Source of the DNA: a candidate division FCPU426 bacterium
Lineage (GTDB): Bacteria > Oederibacteriota > PGYV01 > Palsa-1178
DNA: 64,000 nucleotides
Assembly (NCBI GenBank): GCA_963840035.1
Contig: CAWIXE010000002.1
Coordinates: forward strand, 1,568,001-1,632,000
Direction: 5' to 3'
The position numbers and the translations under genes were made by a program. Below are positions 1 through 10,269 of this stretch, piece by piece. Position 1 is the stretch's first letter. Each line of letters starts with the position of its first letter. The notes below the pieces were generated by a model that had not been told where the DNA came from, did not search any database, and saw nothing but the letters and a program-made list of their open reading frames with translations.

Positions 1-1791
1 TATTTCAATAGCTTTTTTATAAGCTGAAACGCACTCCTCGCGCCTGCCTGCCATGTAATATATGTTGCCGAGGTTATTATACAAGGAAGGGTCAAGCGGG
101 TATTTTTCCAGGGCCTTTAGCAGGCATTTCGCCGCAGAATCATAATCGCGCAGGTTGTTATAATAAATATAGGCCAGTTCAAGCAGGGCCGGTTTTAAAT
201 AAGGGTCAATTTTAAGCATCTTTTTATATTCATCCACGGCATTTGCCGTATCCCCGGCAGCGTTATATATGGAAGCCTTCTTATAATGAAGCAGTACATA
301 GTCAGGCGCCAGTTTTTCAGTCTCCTGAAGCTGTTTTAAGGCGGCTGCCGCGTCGCCTGAATCGGAATACGTAGCCGCGAGGAAATATGAAGCCGTAATG
401 TTGTAACGGTTGGCTGATAAGGACTTTTTATACTCTGATATTGCCTCCGGCCACTGCCTGTTCTCGGAGAAGTTAATCGCATTTTTCAGAAAAATATCCG
501 AAACGTGGCAAAAGGACTGGTAAATTATAATTACAATTGCCAGGACAACAGCCGCGGCCGCGGCATGTTTCTTAAACCGCGACATGTCAACTGCCCTGTC
601 ATCCTTCTCCGCGGAAAATAAAAGTCCGCCATATACCGCAAGAAACATGGCAGACGGGGCGTAATTAGCGTCAATTCCAAAAAGATTAACGGTAAACAAC
701 CCGGCGAGCGCAATGGCGAAACCATCCGCGTCAAACTTCCATTTTTTTACCGCAAAAAAAGCCATTGCTATTACGATTATCAGCCCCGGGATTCCTGTTT
801 CCGCTCCCGCCTGGAGAAGGATATTTTCAGCTCCGGTAATCTCATAACTGTGCTCGGCAGACCACTTCATAATAGCCTCAGGCCTGAACGCCGGGAAATC
901 AAGATAGAAAGCGCCCGGGCCGCATCCGAAAAACCAGTTATGCTTAACCATTTCCAGCGCCCCTGCCCATGTGTTTGCCCTGAAAAACACAGACTCGTTT
1001 GCCATCCATGCAGCAGGGTCCAGAACCCGCGCCGCAGGCACTCCAAAGATAACAGGCAGAGAAATAATTCCGGCGGCAACAACCGCCGCAATCACGGAGG
1101 AAATAACGGCTTTGCCATTCTTATTATTTCTCAACGCGTATACAATCACCATTAAAATCTCCAATACCAGGGCTGCATAAGCGGCCTTTGACCCTGTCTT
1201 AATCAGGCAGTAAATTGCCGCGGCCCCAAGGACGCCATATATAATCCGGTTCCATGTTTTTGAATTAATGGAAGCCATTATTATGAGCGGGATGACAGCG
1301 GCTAAGTACGCGCCGAAGAAATTGGGGTTGCCCAGCGTCGAGGTAATTCTTGTCCCGAACGCCATAAGCCCCGGTGTAAACCCGGGTATTATTGCCTGGC
1401 CAAAACCTATAATGACAGGGATTGCCGCCGCTATGATAAAACCCGTGCGCAGGTATCCCCTGTCAAGCCCGCGCGCGTTTGCGACCGTAAAAAATAACAG
1501 GCAGGAGCCAAAAAGCGCGGATAATGCCGGAAATGACGCGAATGAATATTTGCTGAAAAACGCGGATACAACAGCCCACAAGAGGAAGGACGCGGGGATG
1601 AATGATTCCCTGCCGGCTTTAAAATCAGCGCGGCGGGCGGTAAATATAATTAAAGATATTATACCCGCTGTCAGGAATATATTTTTAATGAAAATCAGAT
1701 TATAGGACCGGGCAGAAAAAACAAGGGGAACGGCGAAAACAAGGAAAATCAGGGCCCTTTCCATGTTCCGGCGCGGAATATTATTTGCCAT
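1..1791 (-). CDS. O-antigen ligase (Wzy_C)-family membrane protein with C-terminal TPR repeats; 3' end runs off the window
   Basis: Not in the ORF track (no stop in window). Segments translated by hand from ATG 1791 give hydrophobic helices, RITSTLGNPNFFGAYL and ENILLQAGAETGIPGL, then TPR-like helices. Confidence 0.75.
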   Translation of the reverse strand, partial: MANNIPRRNMERALIFLVFAVPLVFSARSYNLIFIKNIFLTAGIISLIIFTARRADFKAGRESFIPASFLLWAVVSAFFSKYSFASFPALSALFGSCLLFFTVANARGLDRGYLRTGFIIAAAIPVIIGFGQAIIPGFTPGLMAFGTRITSTLGNPNFFGAYLAAVIPLIIMASINSKTWNRIIYGVLGAAAIYCLIKTGSKAAYAALVLEILMVIVYALRNNKNGKAVISSVIAAVVAAGIISLPVIFGVPAARVLDPAAWMANESVFFRANTWAGALEMVKHNWFFGCGPGAFYLDFPAFRPEAIMKWSAEHSYEITGAENILLQAGAETGIPGLIIVIAMAFFAVKKWKFDADGFAIALAGLFTVNLFGIDANYAPSAMFLAVYGGLLFSAEKDDRAVDMSRFKKHAAAAAVVLAIVIIIYQSFCHVSDIFLKNAINFSENRQWPEAISEYKKSLSANRYNITASYFLAATYSDSGDAAAALKQLQETEKLAPDYVLLHYKKASIYNAAGDTANAVDEYKKMLKIDPYLKPALLELAYIYYNNLRDYDSAAKCLLKALEKYPLDPSLYNNLGNIYYMAGRREECVSAYKKAIEI

Positions 1792-1814
1792 CACTGCCTT
1801 TTCCGTAATTTAAA

Positions 1815-2672
1815 TTAGAAACCTTTTAACTTGCCTGCCTTTAAAGCCTCAACCTCATCCCACAGCGGGCCGTTTAAAAACCGCACGGTAAGGTGGAGTT
1901 CCTTGTTAAAACCGAAAAACGCCGCTTCTATCCTTGTAACACCCACATTCCACCGCAGGTAAATATTGCTGGGTTGCCCGTCGCCTAATACCCCGCCCTT
2001 GATAACCGCGAGTTTTTTTACGAGTTCCATATTCTTTACGTCGTTTTTTTCAAATGAAGGGGCGCCAAACATCTTTTTAAATACGGCGCATATTCCCATG
2101 AACCTGCCATAAAGGATCTCTTCCTTGTCAGGCACCTTAAGGGTCTGGTTCTGGAAAGACTCATTCTCCCCGTATTCCATCTTAAAGGCATATATGCGGC
2201 CGTTATGCATCCCTAAGCTTAAAAAGTTCGCGTGAGGCATCGGGTACAGGAATTCAGACTGGGAAATCATTATTGATTTCTCAAAATCAGGGTCATTTGA
2301 ATCGTTCGGGTATTTATAAAGCTTTTTAATGTCTTCTTTTGTCATACCCCATGACAAACCCTGAAACTTAAAAGTTGTGGGGCTTATCCCCACAAAAACC
2401 CGCTCGTCAGCTGACGCGAATTTCTGTTCGTACTTGCTGACAACCCTTACCTTACTTACGCCTTCATACTGCGTGTATATCAGGTATCCGGCGAGTCCCG
2501 CGATAAATATCACTATAAACGCGGCGGTCCAGAACTTGCGCTCCGATTCAGCCTTGCGTTTTTCAGCCGCTAAGTCCCTCGGTTTTACAGCAGGCAGCGG
2601 CGATCCGCAGCTCCTGCAGAATTTTGCGTCTTCGCGGTTTGAAGCGCCGCACGCTTTACAAGCACGGTCCAT
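1815..2672 (-). CDS. Zinc-ribbon domain membrane-anchored protein
   Basis: N-terminal CKAC...CRSC double zinc knuckle, one TM helix, GGAGG SD upstream. Confidence 0.75.
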   Translation of the reverse strand: MDRACKACGASNREDAKFCRSCGSPLPAVKPRDLAAEKRKAESERKFWTAAFIVIFIAGLAGYLIYTQYEGVSKVRVVSKYEQKFASADERVFVGISPTTFKFQGLSWGMTKEDIKKLYKYPNDSNDPDFEKSIMISQSEFLYPMPHANFLSLGMHNGRIYAFKMEYGENESFQNQTLKVPDKEEILYGRFMGICAVFKKMFGAPSFEKNDVKNMELVKKLAVIKGGVLGDGQPSNIYLRWNVGVTRIEAAFFGFNKELHLTVRFLNGPLWDEVEALKAGKLKGF

Positions 2673-2693
2673 AACTACCTCCGGTTAATTTCG

Positions 2694-2773
2694 GATATTT
2701 GATATTGGATATTAGATATAGGCGTCAATAGCCCGGTCTTATATCTAATATCGCATATCAAATATCTAATATT
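2694..2773. repeat. Inverted heptamer array (GATATTn / nAATATC)
   Basis: GATATTT GATATTG GATATTA GATATAG ... TAATATC GCATATC AAATATC TAATATT around an ~18-nt spacer. Confidence 0.85.
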
Positions 2774-2776
2774 GTA

Positions 2777-5700
2777 TTAATTTCCCTTTCTTATCTTACG
2801 TATTCCATACCTTGTTATCTTAGCCGACGCCGCGCCCTTTGCTGTTACCTGATAGAGCACCATGCCGTCCTCGACTCCTGCCGAATCCCATACTGTGCTG
2901 TTATATATTTTGCCTTTCTTGCTCTCTTCTATGTTAGCCAGCGTCTTTCCCGACTCATTGTAGACCTTGATGGTTACAAGGCCGTCCTCGGGTATGTAGT
3001 AGTTAAACGTGATTTTCCCTGACGAGGCGTCATACATAGCGAAAATCTCGCTGGATATGTTCATGACTTTTTCCGGTTCGTCCGACTTAAGCTCCACGTC
3101 ATATATCATCTGCGGCGGGAGGTTCTTTGTCAGCACCTTAACTTTCACCTTGCCCACGGGAAGGTTGTCCACGGCAAAGTTTCCGTCCTTATCCGTGATG
3201 GATATGCCAAGCGTGGTTCCGTCTTCCTTCATAAGCTCCACTGTCGCGCCCGAGAGCGCCATGATGCCGTTTGACTGAGTGACTGTCCCTTTTACCGTGA
3301 CCTTGGTCTTTATCTTGACCTTAAAGTGCGCGGCCGTCTTTCCTATAACTCCCTCTTTGTCCACTGAGACCACATGGAAATACCAGATGCCGTCCGTCAG
3401 ATTCGTCATGCTTAAATTAGTGTCCATGGTCTTTGAGTTCTTGGGCCCCGGAACAGTCTTGTCAAAAGCATCCAGGACATAATAGTAGCCTATAATGTCG
3501 TTTACATAGTCCATCGGCTTCCACTGAAGCTTCACTGAAAGGTCCCTGTACCATTTTTCCTGCTCGGGATGCGACGATGAGAACACCAGCGGCGGCGGCG
3601 GGGTCATGGCCACATTTACCTGCATGTGGGATGGCTCGTCCGATATATTGCCCGCGTTGTCCTTGGCAATTACATGCAGGAACCATATGCCGTCAGGCAC
3701 GTCCACAAAAGATGCCATGGAACCTTTTGTCCAGCTCGCGGTGGCAATGTCGGGGATGGTGTTTTTTATCTGGTTGAATACATAGTAATAGCCTTCGATT
3801 CCGGCAGGATCAGCCGGAGTGGACCACGAGAAAGAAGGGGCGTTGCTGTTATACCACTGGTTAAAATCGCCGTGCGTAATCGAGGATATGACCGGCGGTT
3901 TCGGCCTGGTAACGTCGATATTTATCTGGTAATGCGTAGCTTCATCGGACATATTGCCCGCTTCATCCTTTGATATTATATGGAAATACCACGTACCGTC
4001 CGTCACATTCGGGAAACTTATTTCATTGTCCACGTACCAGTTGCCGGTCTTTATGTCCGGCACGGTGGTGGCTATCTGGTCAAAAATATAGTAGTAACCG
4101 GTTATTTTCGTGGCATCCTGCGGCGTGTCCCATATGAGCTTGATATTCCTGTTGTTGTACCACTCCATCTGCATGGGGTGGGTGATGGACCTGACTACCG
4201 GCGGCATGGCAAACCTGTCGCAAATGGCGAGCACCTGTTTGTTCCCGCTTTCCCTTTCATTTCCAACCTTATCAACGGCGCGCACGGTGTAATAATAAAT
4301 AATTCCGTCTTCCAGGTCCTTTGATTCGTCGGTAAACTTGGTGTCTGTCACCGCTCCGTCGTCATTTATCTGCATGCCAAGCTGTCCGGATACCGATGAC
4401 CTGTATATCCTGTAGAAATCAAGGCCTGATATGGAATCAGCCGACTTTGACCATTCTATGTTTATACGCCCTTCCTTAACCGGTTTTGCCACAAGCTGGC
4501 TTATCTGCGAAGGCGGCGATACGTCCACCGTGGTCCTTATGTTGTCGTGCTCAAAGTACTCGGACCAGTTACCGGCGTTATCCCTTGCTTTTGCCCTGAA
4601 ATAATAAGTGATGCCGTCTTCGCCCTTGAACACGGACGTCCTGGCCTTGGTTTCCTTAAGCCACGTTTTCCATTTTCCTTTTTCGCCTTCCCTGTACTCC
4701 ACATCAAAACAGTAAACCCCCGACTCCTTATCCTCGCCATTCCATGAAATGTCAAAATTTTCCGAATTCTGGTAGAGCTTAAGGTCGTCCATTTTAACGT
4801 CCGGCGGATTTGTCTCAATCTTGAACTTATAATGCGCCGCCTCGGTACCGATGTTTCCGGCCCTGTCTTTTAATATAAGGTGAAAATACCACTCGCCGTC
4901 ATCAAGGTTCTCGGATATCTTTATGGCGCTGTCTTTGGTAAACCTGGCTGTCTTCTTATCCGGCATGGTATCCGATACCCTGTCCACCAGGTAATAAAAA
5001 CCTTCCGGCCCGGATAAATCGTCCACGCGGTCCACAACAAATACCGGGTTAACCTGCGCGTAATACCGGTCCGGATTAGGGTGCGTAGATGAGACAACTT
5101 CCGGCGGGTCGGCTTTTAAGTCAACATTCGCCGCGTATATAAAAGGCTCTTCGCCCACGTTGCCCGCGTTATCCTCCGCCACTATATGGAAATAATATGT
5201 GCCTTCTTTTTCCACGGTAAACTCAACCTCGCGTTTGTCAGTCGCGGTCGATATCTCGGGGTTTAGCTTTAAATGCTTATCCTTTGAGAAAAGGTAATAG
5301 AAGCTCTTTATCTTAGATAAATCCTGCGGCACGTTCCAGCCGAGCTTTACAAGCGGCTGGTTATACCATATTGTTTCATCAGGGTGCGAGGCTGAAGTAA
5401 CCTTCGGCTGCTCCACATATGTATCGATCTTCAGCCTGAAATGGGTGGCTTCCCAGCCCACGTTTCCGGCGTTATCCTTTGAAATAATATGGAAGTACCA
5501 GGTGCCGTCCTTGACCTGCGGAAGCGTCAGCTGGTTGGATGACATCCACTCGCCGGTTTCCTTTGAAGGCACGGTGTTATGCTTTTCATCAAAAATATAA
5601 TAATAACCTTCAATACCCGCCAAATCCTCTGAAGTATCCCAGTGGAGCTCGGGCGTGGAGTTTGAGTACCATGTTTCCTGGTCAGGGTGCGTCTTTGAAA

Positions 5701-8317
5701 ATACTTTCGGCGGTTTGGCCACTGTATCTATGTTAAACCTGTGGTGTGACGCCATGGTGCCTATGTTGCCTGCTTTATCCTTTGAGACGATATGCAAATA
5801 CCATTCCCCGTCCTTAAGATCCCCCGAGAATATAGTATCTTTATCCGTCCATGTGGCCGACATATCCGGCACAGTCTTAGCCTCGTTATCAATGACATAA
5901 TAATAACCTTCTATGCCCGACATATCATCCGGTTTGCCGACCTTGAACTGCGCTTTTTTAATGTTATACCATTTATGCGTGTCCGGGTGCGTAACCGACG
6001 ACACGTTCGGCGGCAGGGCCTGCGTGTCTATGTTAATCCTGAAATGCGATGTATCCCTTGAAATGTTACCCGCAAGGTCCTTTGACTTAACGTGGATATA
6101 CCATGTCCCGTCCTGCCTGTCGGAAAGTTCAATGTCGCTTGTCGTCTTATAAATGCAGTCGTTCTCATGCGGTTCCGTATCGGGCCGCTGGTCAACCAGG
6201 TAATAAAATCCTTCAATGCCGGCCAGGTCATGCGGCTTGGCAAGGTGCGCTTCGGCTTTCCTCGCGTTGTACCATGATTTCTCATCCGGGTGCGTGCGCG
6301 AGGAAACGAGCGGCGGGAGCGACTGCGTATCGATGTTAATCCTGACATGCGCGGCCTTGCTTCCGGTGTTCCCGGCTTTGTCTTTTGTCACTATGTGGAA
6401 ATACTTTATGCCGTCCTCAAGCGCCTTCATTTTTACGGAAACAGCGTCAGTAAAAACCCCTGAACGCTCCGTAGGAAGGGTGCTGGGCATTTCATCTATG
6501 ATGTAGTAGTAGCCGTCAACGCCTGAGAGGTCCTGCGGCGCGGCCCACTGGAATACCGGCACGTTGTTTGAATACCATTTCTCCATATCAGGATGCGTGG
6601 TCGATACGGCCTCCGGCGGCGCGGCAACAGTGTCAATTTTAACCGGGAAGTGTGTGACTTCAGGGCTTATGTTTCCGGCTTTGTCTTCTATGAGCACATG
6701 GAAATACCAGACTCCGTCTTCCAGACTTTTAACCACAACGCCCTCTTTTACCGTCGCCGTGCATTTGTAATAATCAGGAACGGTATCCGGATTCCTGTCC
6801 ACCAGATACAAAAACTGCTTTACGTCGGGATGCACTCCCCATTCCACCGACACATCCGCCCTGTTATACCATTTTTCCGGGTCAGGGTGCGTTTTGGAAG
6901 TGATAGCCGGCGTGACCGCCGCTGATGTCGTAAATTTATAATCCTCAAGGATTCCCGAGAAGCTGCCCACATCGGAATATGTCAGTATCCTGAAATGGTA
7001 TTCTGTCATGGATTTCAGGTTGTTAAGTGTTATCCTGTGCTTGGATTCCATAGTTTCGTTGATAATATTATTGCCGTAGGCAGTGTCGTTGCCGTATTCA
7101 ATGATGGTGCGCGCTTCCCTGTCTGTCGCCCATGTAATCACGGCGCTATGGGAGGTTATCTCGCCCACATTTATGTCAAATATTCCCGGCGGCGGCGTGT
7201 TTGATACCGTGGTCCTGAATATCCTGCCTTTTGGTGAAGACCCGAAATATAAATATCCGTTAAAGAGCTTAAGCACCCTTATGTCTTCTTCGTCTGTCTG
7301 GAAGGCGAGCTCCCACTTCTTGCCGTCGACGGTCTTGTATATCCTGCCGTTATCGCCGCTGCCGACATACATGCCGTTGCCGAATGCCGCGAACTTGAAG
7401 AAGTTTACGTCCTTTTCAGAGAAGTAATTTTCCACCCAGTTGGTGCCGTCTTCCGTCATGAATATGAGGCCGCCCGTGGCCTTTGCGGTGGATATATAAA
7501 GCCTGTTTTTAAAGACATAAAAATCATTCACAAAACTCTGGTTTGTGTCAAAAACCTTCTGCCAGTTCACACCGTCCGACGTCCTGAAGACAAGGCCGTT
7601 GGGGTATGTGCCAGCGTAAAGGTATTCCCTGAAAAGCCCGAAGCATGTCACCGCAAGCTCGGACGTATTAAGCGCCACCACCCAGTTCGTGCCGTTGTAG
7701 CTGTAAATCTTGCCTTCCGTGGAAGTGCCCGCGAACAGCCTGCCCTTGAAAGCTTCCAGGCAGTGAATCCTCGCCTCTCCGCTGTTAAAGGAAAGCGACC
7801 AGTTCTTGCCGTCCAAAGTTTCATAAATGCCGCCGTTGGCGTTCGTGCCGCAGAATAATTTGGCCGTACCGAGGTCGTTAAACGACTTAAGACAGTACAC
7901 CTGCGGCGTGTAATCTCCGAGAGTCTCTTCGTCAAAGGTTTTTGTCTGGCCCACCGGCGGGTTAAAGTACGGGGAAAAAACATTGGCGATGCTGATTGTC
8001 TCCCACGCGCCCAGGTCCCCGGTATTTGTCCTGACAACCGAGTCCTTATTTGTGCAGGCGTAAAGTTTGCCGTTAAACTCCTCAAAATCATATATAATCT
8101 GGCTTATGGAATTGTCGTAAACGGGTATGAAGTTTTCCTTGGGGACATAACGCAGGTAAAGCGGCACCGCGGCCCTTATGTTCTTAATGACTTCGCTCTT
8201 GCTTTCTCCGCTGACCACCAGACCCGGCAAATCCCTGCACTGCCCTATAAACTTACCCTGGTCCTCTTTGATGGTAACTTCAAAATTAACTGTAATTTCT
8301 TTGCGGTCTTCCTTCAT
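2777..8317 (-). CDS. 1846-aa multidomain protein: HicB-like N-terminus, beta-propeller, FN3, ten ~100-aa Ig-like SxxHP..WY repeats, carboxypeptidase-regulatory-like and FlgD-Ig/T9SS-tail-like C-terminus
   Basis: Long ORF with AAGGAG SD; N-terminal GKFIGQCRDLPGLVVSGESKSEVIKNIRAAVPLYL; SxDGxxW propeller blades; repeated SKTHPD..WY...WYFHI..KDxAGN units. Confidence 0.8.
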   Translation of the reverse strand: MKEDRKEITVNFEVTIKEDQGKFIGQCRDLPGLVVSGESKSEVIKNIRAAVPLYLRYVPKENFIPVYDNSISQIIYDFEEFNGKLYACTNKDSVVRTNTGDLGAWETISIANVFSPYFNPPVGQTKTFDEETLGDYTPQVYCLKSFNDLGTAKLFCGTNANGGIYETLDGKNWSLSFNSGEARIHCLEAFKGRLFAGTSTEGKIYSYNGTNWVVALNTSELAVTCFGLFREYLYAGTYPNGLVFRTSDGVNWQKVFDTNQSFVNDFYVFKNRLYISTAKATGGLIFMTEDGTNWVENYFSEKDVNFFKFAAFGNGMYVGSGDNGRIYKTVDGKKWELAFQTDEEDIRVLKLFNGYLYFGSSPKGRIFRTTVSNTPPPGIFDINVGEITSHSAVITWATDREARTIIEYGNDTAYGNNIINETMESKHRITLNNLKSMTEYHFRILTYSDVGSFSGILEDYKFTTSAAVTPAITSKTHPDPEKWYNRADVSVEWGVHPDVKQFLYLVDRNPDTVPDYYKCTATVKEGVVVKSLEDGVWYFHVLIEDKAGNISPEVTHFPVKIDTVAAPPEAVSTTHPDMEKWYSNNVPVFQWAAPQDLSGVDGYYYIIDEMPSTLPTERSGVFTDAVSVKMKALEDGIKYFHIVTKDKAGNTGSKAAHVRINIDTQSLPPLVSSRTHPDEKSWYNARKAEAHLAKPHDLAGIEGFYYLVDQRPDTEPHENDCIYKTTSDIELSDRQDGTWYIHVKSKDLAGNISRDTSHFRINIDTQALPPNVSSVTHPDTHKWYNIKKAQFKVGKPDDMSGIEGYYYVIDNEAKTVPDMSATWTDKDTIFSGDLKDGEWYLHIVSKDKAGNIGTMASHHRFNIDTVAKPPKVFSKTHPDQETWYSNSTPELHWDTSEDLAGIEGYYYIFDEKHNTVPSKETGEWMSSNQLTLPQVKDGTWYFHIISKDNAGNVGWEATHFRLKIDTYVEQPKVTSASHPDETIWYNQPLVKLGWNVPQDLSKIKSFYYLFSKDKHLKLNPEISTATDKREVEFTVEKEGTYYFHIVAEDNAGNVGEEPFIYAANVDLKADPPEVVSSTHPNPDRYYAQVNPVFVVDRVDDLSGPEGFYYLVDRVSDTMPDKKTARFTKDSAIKISENLDDGEWYFHLILKDRAGNIGTEAAHYKFKIETNPPDVKMDDLKLYQNSENFDISWNGEDKESGVYCFDVEYREGEKGKWKTWLKETKARTSVFKGEDGITYYFRAKARDNAGNWSEYFEHDNIRTTVDVSPPSQISQLVAKPVKEGRINIEWSKSADSISGLDFYRIYRSSVSGQLGMQINDDGAVTDTKFTDESKDLEDGIIYYYTVRAVDKVGNERESGNKQVLAICDRFAMPPVVRSITHPMQMEWYNNRNIKLIWDTPQDATKITGYYYIFDQIATTVPDIKTGNWYVDNEISFPNVTDGTWYFHIISKDEAGNMSDEATHYQINIDVTRPKPPVISSITHGDFNQWYNSNAPSFSWSTPADPAGIEGYYYVFNQIKNTIPDIATASWTKGSMASFVDVPDGIWFLHVIAKDNAGNISDEPSHMQVNVAMTPPPPLVFSSSHPEQEKWYRDLSVKLQWKPMDYVNDIIGYYYVLDAFDKTVPGPKNSKTMDTNLSMTNLTDGIWYFHVVSVDKEGVIGKTAAHFKVKIKTKVTVKGTVTQSNGIMALSGATVELMKEDGTTLGISITDKDGNFAVDNLPVGKVKVKVLTKNLPPQMIYDVELKSDEPEKVMNISSEIFAMYDASSGKITFNYYIPEDGLVTIKVYNESGKTLANIEESKKGKIYNSTVWDSAGVEDGMVLYQVTAKGAASAKITRYGIRKIRKGN

Positions 8318-8336
8318 GGAACTCCTTTAAAACGTG

Positions 8337-8411
8337 CTATGTGGTAAGTGGTATGTGGTGCGTGCATGTCCGGCATATCGCCTTTCACATACCACATACC
8401 ACTTACCACAT
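8337..8411. repeat. Inverted heptamer array (GTGGTAT / ATACCAC)
   Basis: ATGTGGT AAGTGGT ATGTGGT ... ATACCAC ATACCAC TTACCAC between two CDS. Confidence 0.85.
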
Positions 8412-8412
8412 A

Positions 8413-8880
8413 TCACTTTTTTGGCCTCATCCTAAAAATCATCGCCGTCTCATCGCAGTGTTTCGGGTATTTCGCGCAGTTTATGCAGTCCGTCCACACT
8501 TTATGGGGCAGTTTTGCCCTGGGTAATTTTTTAAAACCGTAACGGGCAAAAAAATCAGGTATCTTTGTAAGGGCAAAGACTTTCTTTATGCCGATGCCGG
8601 CCGCTTCCTTTACCGCCGTTTCAAGCAGTTTTTCGCCCAGCCTTTTTCCCCTGTATTTTTTTTCTATGATGAAAGACCTTATCTCGCCCAGGTCTTCCCA
8701 GTACACGTGAAGGGCTATCAATCCCGCGGGTCTGCCCTTCTGGTCAAGGATGTAAAAATCCCTGATCTGGGCGAAAATCTCGGCCATGGGACGGACCAGC
8801 AGTTCCCCTTCGGAAGCGTATTTTTTCAGGAGGGCCTGGATCCTGTAAGCGTCCTTAACGTGCGCTTTTCTTATTTTCAT
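8413..8880 (-). CDS. argA: GNAT N-acetyltransferase, short ArgA-type (amino-acid N-acetyltransferase)
   Basis: LHVYWEDLGEIRS, YRGKRLGEKLL acetyl-CoA motif, LPHKVWTDCINCAKYPKHCDETAM tail typical of short ArgA. Confidence 0.75.
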   Translation of the reverse strand: MKIRKAHVKDAYRIQALLKKYASEGELLVRPMAEIFAQIRDFYILDQKGRPAGLIALHVYWEDLGEIRSFIIEKKYRGKRLGEKLLETAVKEAAGIGIKKVFALTKIPDFFARYGFKKLPRAKLPHKVWTDCINCAKYPKHCDETAMIFRMRPKK

Positions 8881-9431
8881 TATTTTTTTGCCGCCAGATT
8901 TTTTACAAAATCAAAGCCTTCCTTGAAAGCCGCCACATTTTTCTCTATCATCTCGCCGGCTTTTTTGCCCAGCATATCCATCATGACTATCTCCGCGTTC
9001 TCAGGCTTAAAAAGCCCCTTTGCCGCGATGTACGCGCCGGCTATGAGTATGTTCGTCACCTTAAGCGCCGAGAGGTTTTTTGCCATCTCGCTTGCGGGAA
9101 TGAGAATCTTATTATTTCTCCTGGCAATGTCATTTAATATAAGCGATACATTTTCAATAATGAGCGTTTTCTCATTAGCCTTCGGGAAATATGTCTCAAG
9201 CGCCCTCTGGTCAAATACTATGAGGGTGTCCGGTGTTTCCACGACAGGGGAAAATATCTCCTCGTCGGAGACAACCAGGTTGCAGAATGAAAATCCGCCG
9301 CGCTTCTCAGCACCGTATGACGGAAGCCATGTAACGTTCTTTCCCTCGTAAGCAGCGAGCCTGGCTAAATAAACACCCAGGGTCAAAACTCCGTGCCCGC
9401 CGGATCCCGCTATGATGATCTGTTCTGTCAT
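8880..9431 (-). CDS. 2-oxoacid:ferredoxin oxidoreductase gamma subunit
   Basis: IIAGSGGHGV, WLPSYGAEKRGG motifs; operon context. Confidence 0.9.
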   Translation of the reverse strand: MTEQIIIAGSGGHGVLTLGVYLARLAAYEGKNVTWLPSYGAEKRGGFSFCNLVVSDEEIFSPVVETPDTLIVFDQRALETYFPKANEKTLIIENVSLILNDIARRNNKILIPASEMAKNLSALKVTNILIAGAYIAAKGLFKPENAEIVMMDMLGKKAGEMIEKNVAAFKEGFDFVKNLAAKK

Positions 9432-9452
9432 TTAATTCACCTTTCAGTCTCA

Positions 9453-9522
9453 TGGCCCATGTCCCACGGCCCAAGTCTTTGACTTCGTTCACTTGGGTTT
9501 TGGGACTTGGGACCTGTGATTA
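9453..9522. repeat. Inverted heptamer array (CCCAAGT / ACTTGGG family)
   Basis: GGCCCAT GTCCCAC GGCCCAA GTC ... ACTTGGG TTTTGGG ACTTGGG ACCTGTG; same family as the 45.2-45.9 kb array. Confidence 0.75.
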
Positions 9523-10269
9523 TTAAATCGTATCCTTAAACTTCCCTACCGGATAATACTCCGCCACTTCTTCATCTATGTGCTTTATCGCCGCCACAGG
9601 GTCCATCTTCCAGTTTGCCGGGCATGCCGATAACACTTCGACCATTGAAAATCCCACATTTGTAAGCTGGTTCATGAAGGCCTTTTTTATGGCTTTCTTG
9701 GTTTTAATTATGGAAGCCGCGTCAGTGACTTTTACACGCTCTAAATACTTGACGCCCTGAAGCGGGGTAAGCAGCTCCAGCATCCTTATCGGGTATCCGT
9801 ATGTCTTAACATCCCTGCCTTTAGGCGACGTAGTGGTTACCTGCTGGATAAGCGTGGTCGGCGCAAGCTGGCCGCCTGTCATCCCGTAGTTGGTATTATT
9901 TATAAAAATAACGCTTATATTCTCCCCGCGGTTTGCGGTGTGTATTATCTCTGCCATGCCGATGGACGCCAGGTCGCCGTCGCCCTGATAGCAGTAAACC
10001 AGCTTGTCGGGGTGCACCCTTTTTATCGCGGTGGCCACAACAGGCGCCCTTCCGTGCGGGGCTTCAGTGGTATCAAAATCCCAGAAATCATAAGCGAATA
10101 CGGCGCAGCCCACGGGCGCCACAGAGATTACTTTTTCCCTCATGTCGAGCTCGTCTATAATCTCGGCGATGAGTTTATGGACTGTCGAGTGGCCGCAGCC
10201 CCAGCAGTAGGAAAAAACCTTATCTGTAAGGGCTTCGGGTTTCTTATATACGATGCGTTCTTTAGCCAT
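9523..10269 (-). CDS. 2-oxoacid:ferredoxin oxidoreductase beta (TPP-binding) subunit
   Basis: YCWGCGH, PVGC, YQGDGDLASIG...NNTNYGMTGGQ TPP motif. Confidence 0.92.
   Translation of the reverse strand: MAKERIVYKKPEALTDKVFSYCWGCGHSTVHKLIAEIIDELDMREKVISVAPVGCAVFAYDFWDFDTTEAPHGRAPVVATAIKRVHPDKLVYCYQGDGDLASIGMAEIIHTANRGENISVIFINNTNYGMTGGQLAPTTLIQQVTTTSPKGRDVKTYGYPIRMLELLTPLQGVKYLERVKVTDAASIIKTKKAIKKAFMNQLTNVGFSMVEVLSACPANWKMDPVAAIKHIDEEVAEYYPVGKFKDTI

Noticed and set aside
531..1705. Short ORFs listed at the window start
   Set aside because: Better explained by one minus-strand O-antigen ligase/TPR gene running off the edge.
2777..8412. Complete HicAB toxin-antitoxin module
   Set aside because: No HicA-like ORF in the flanks; only the fused HicB-like domain is supported.
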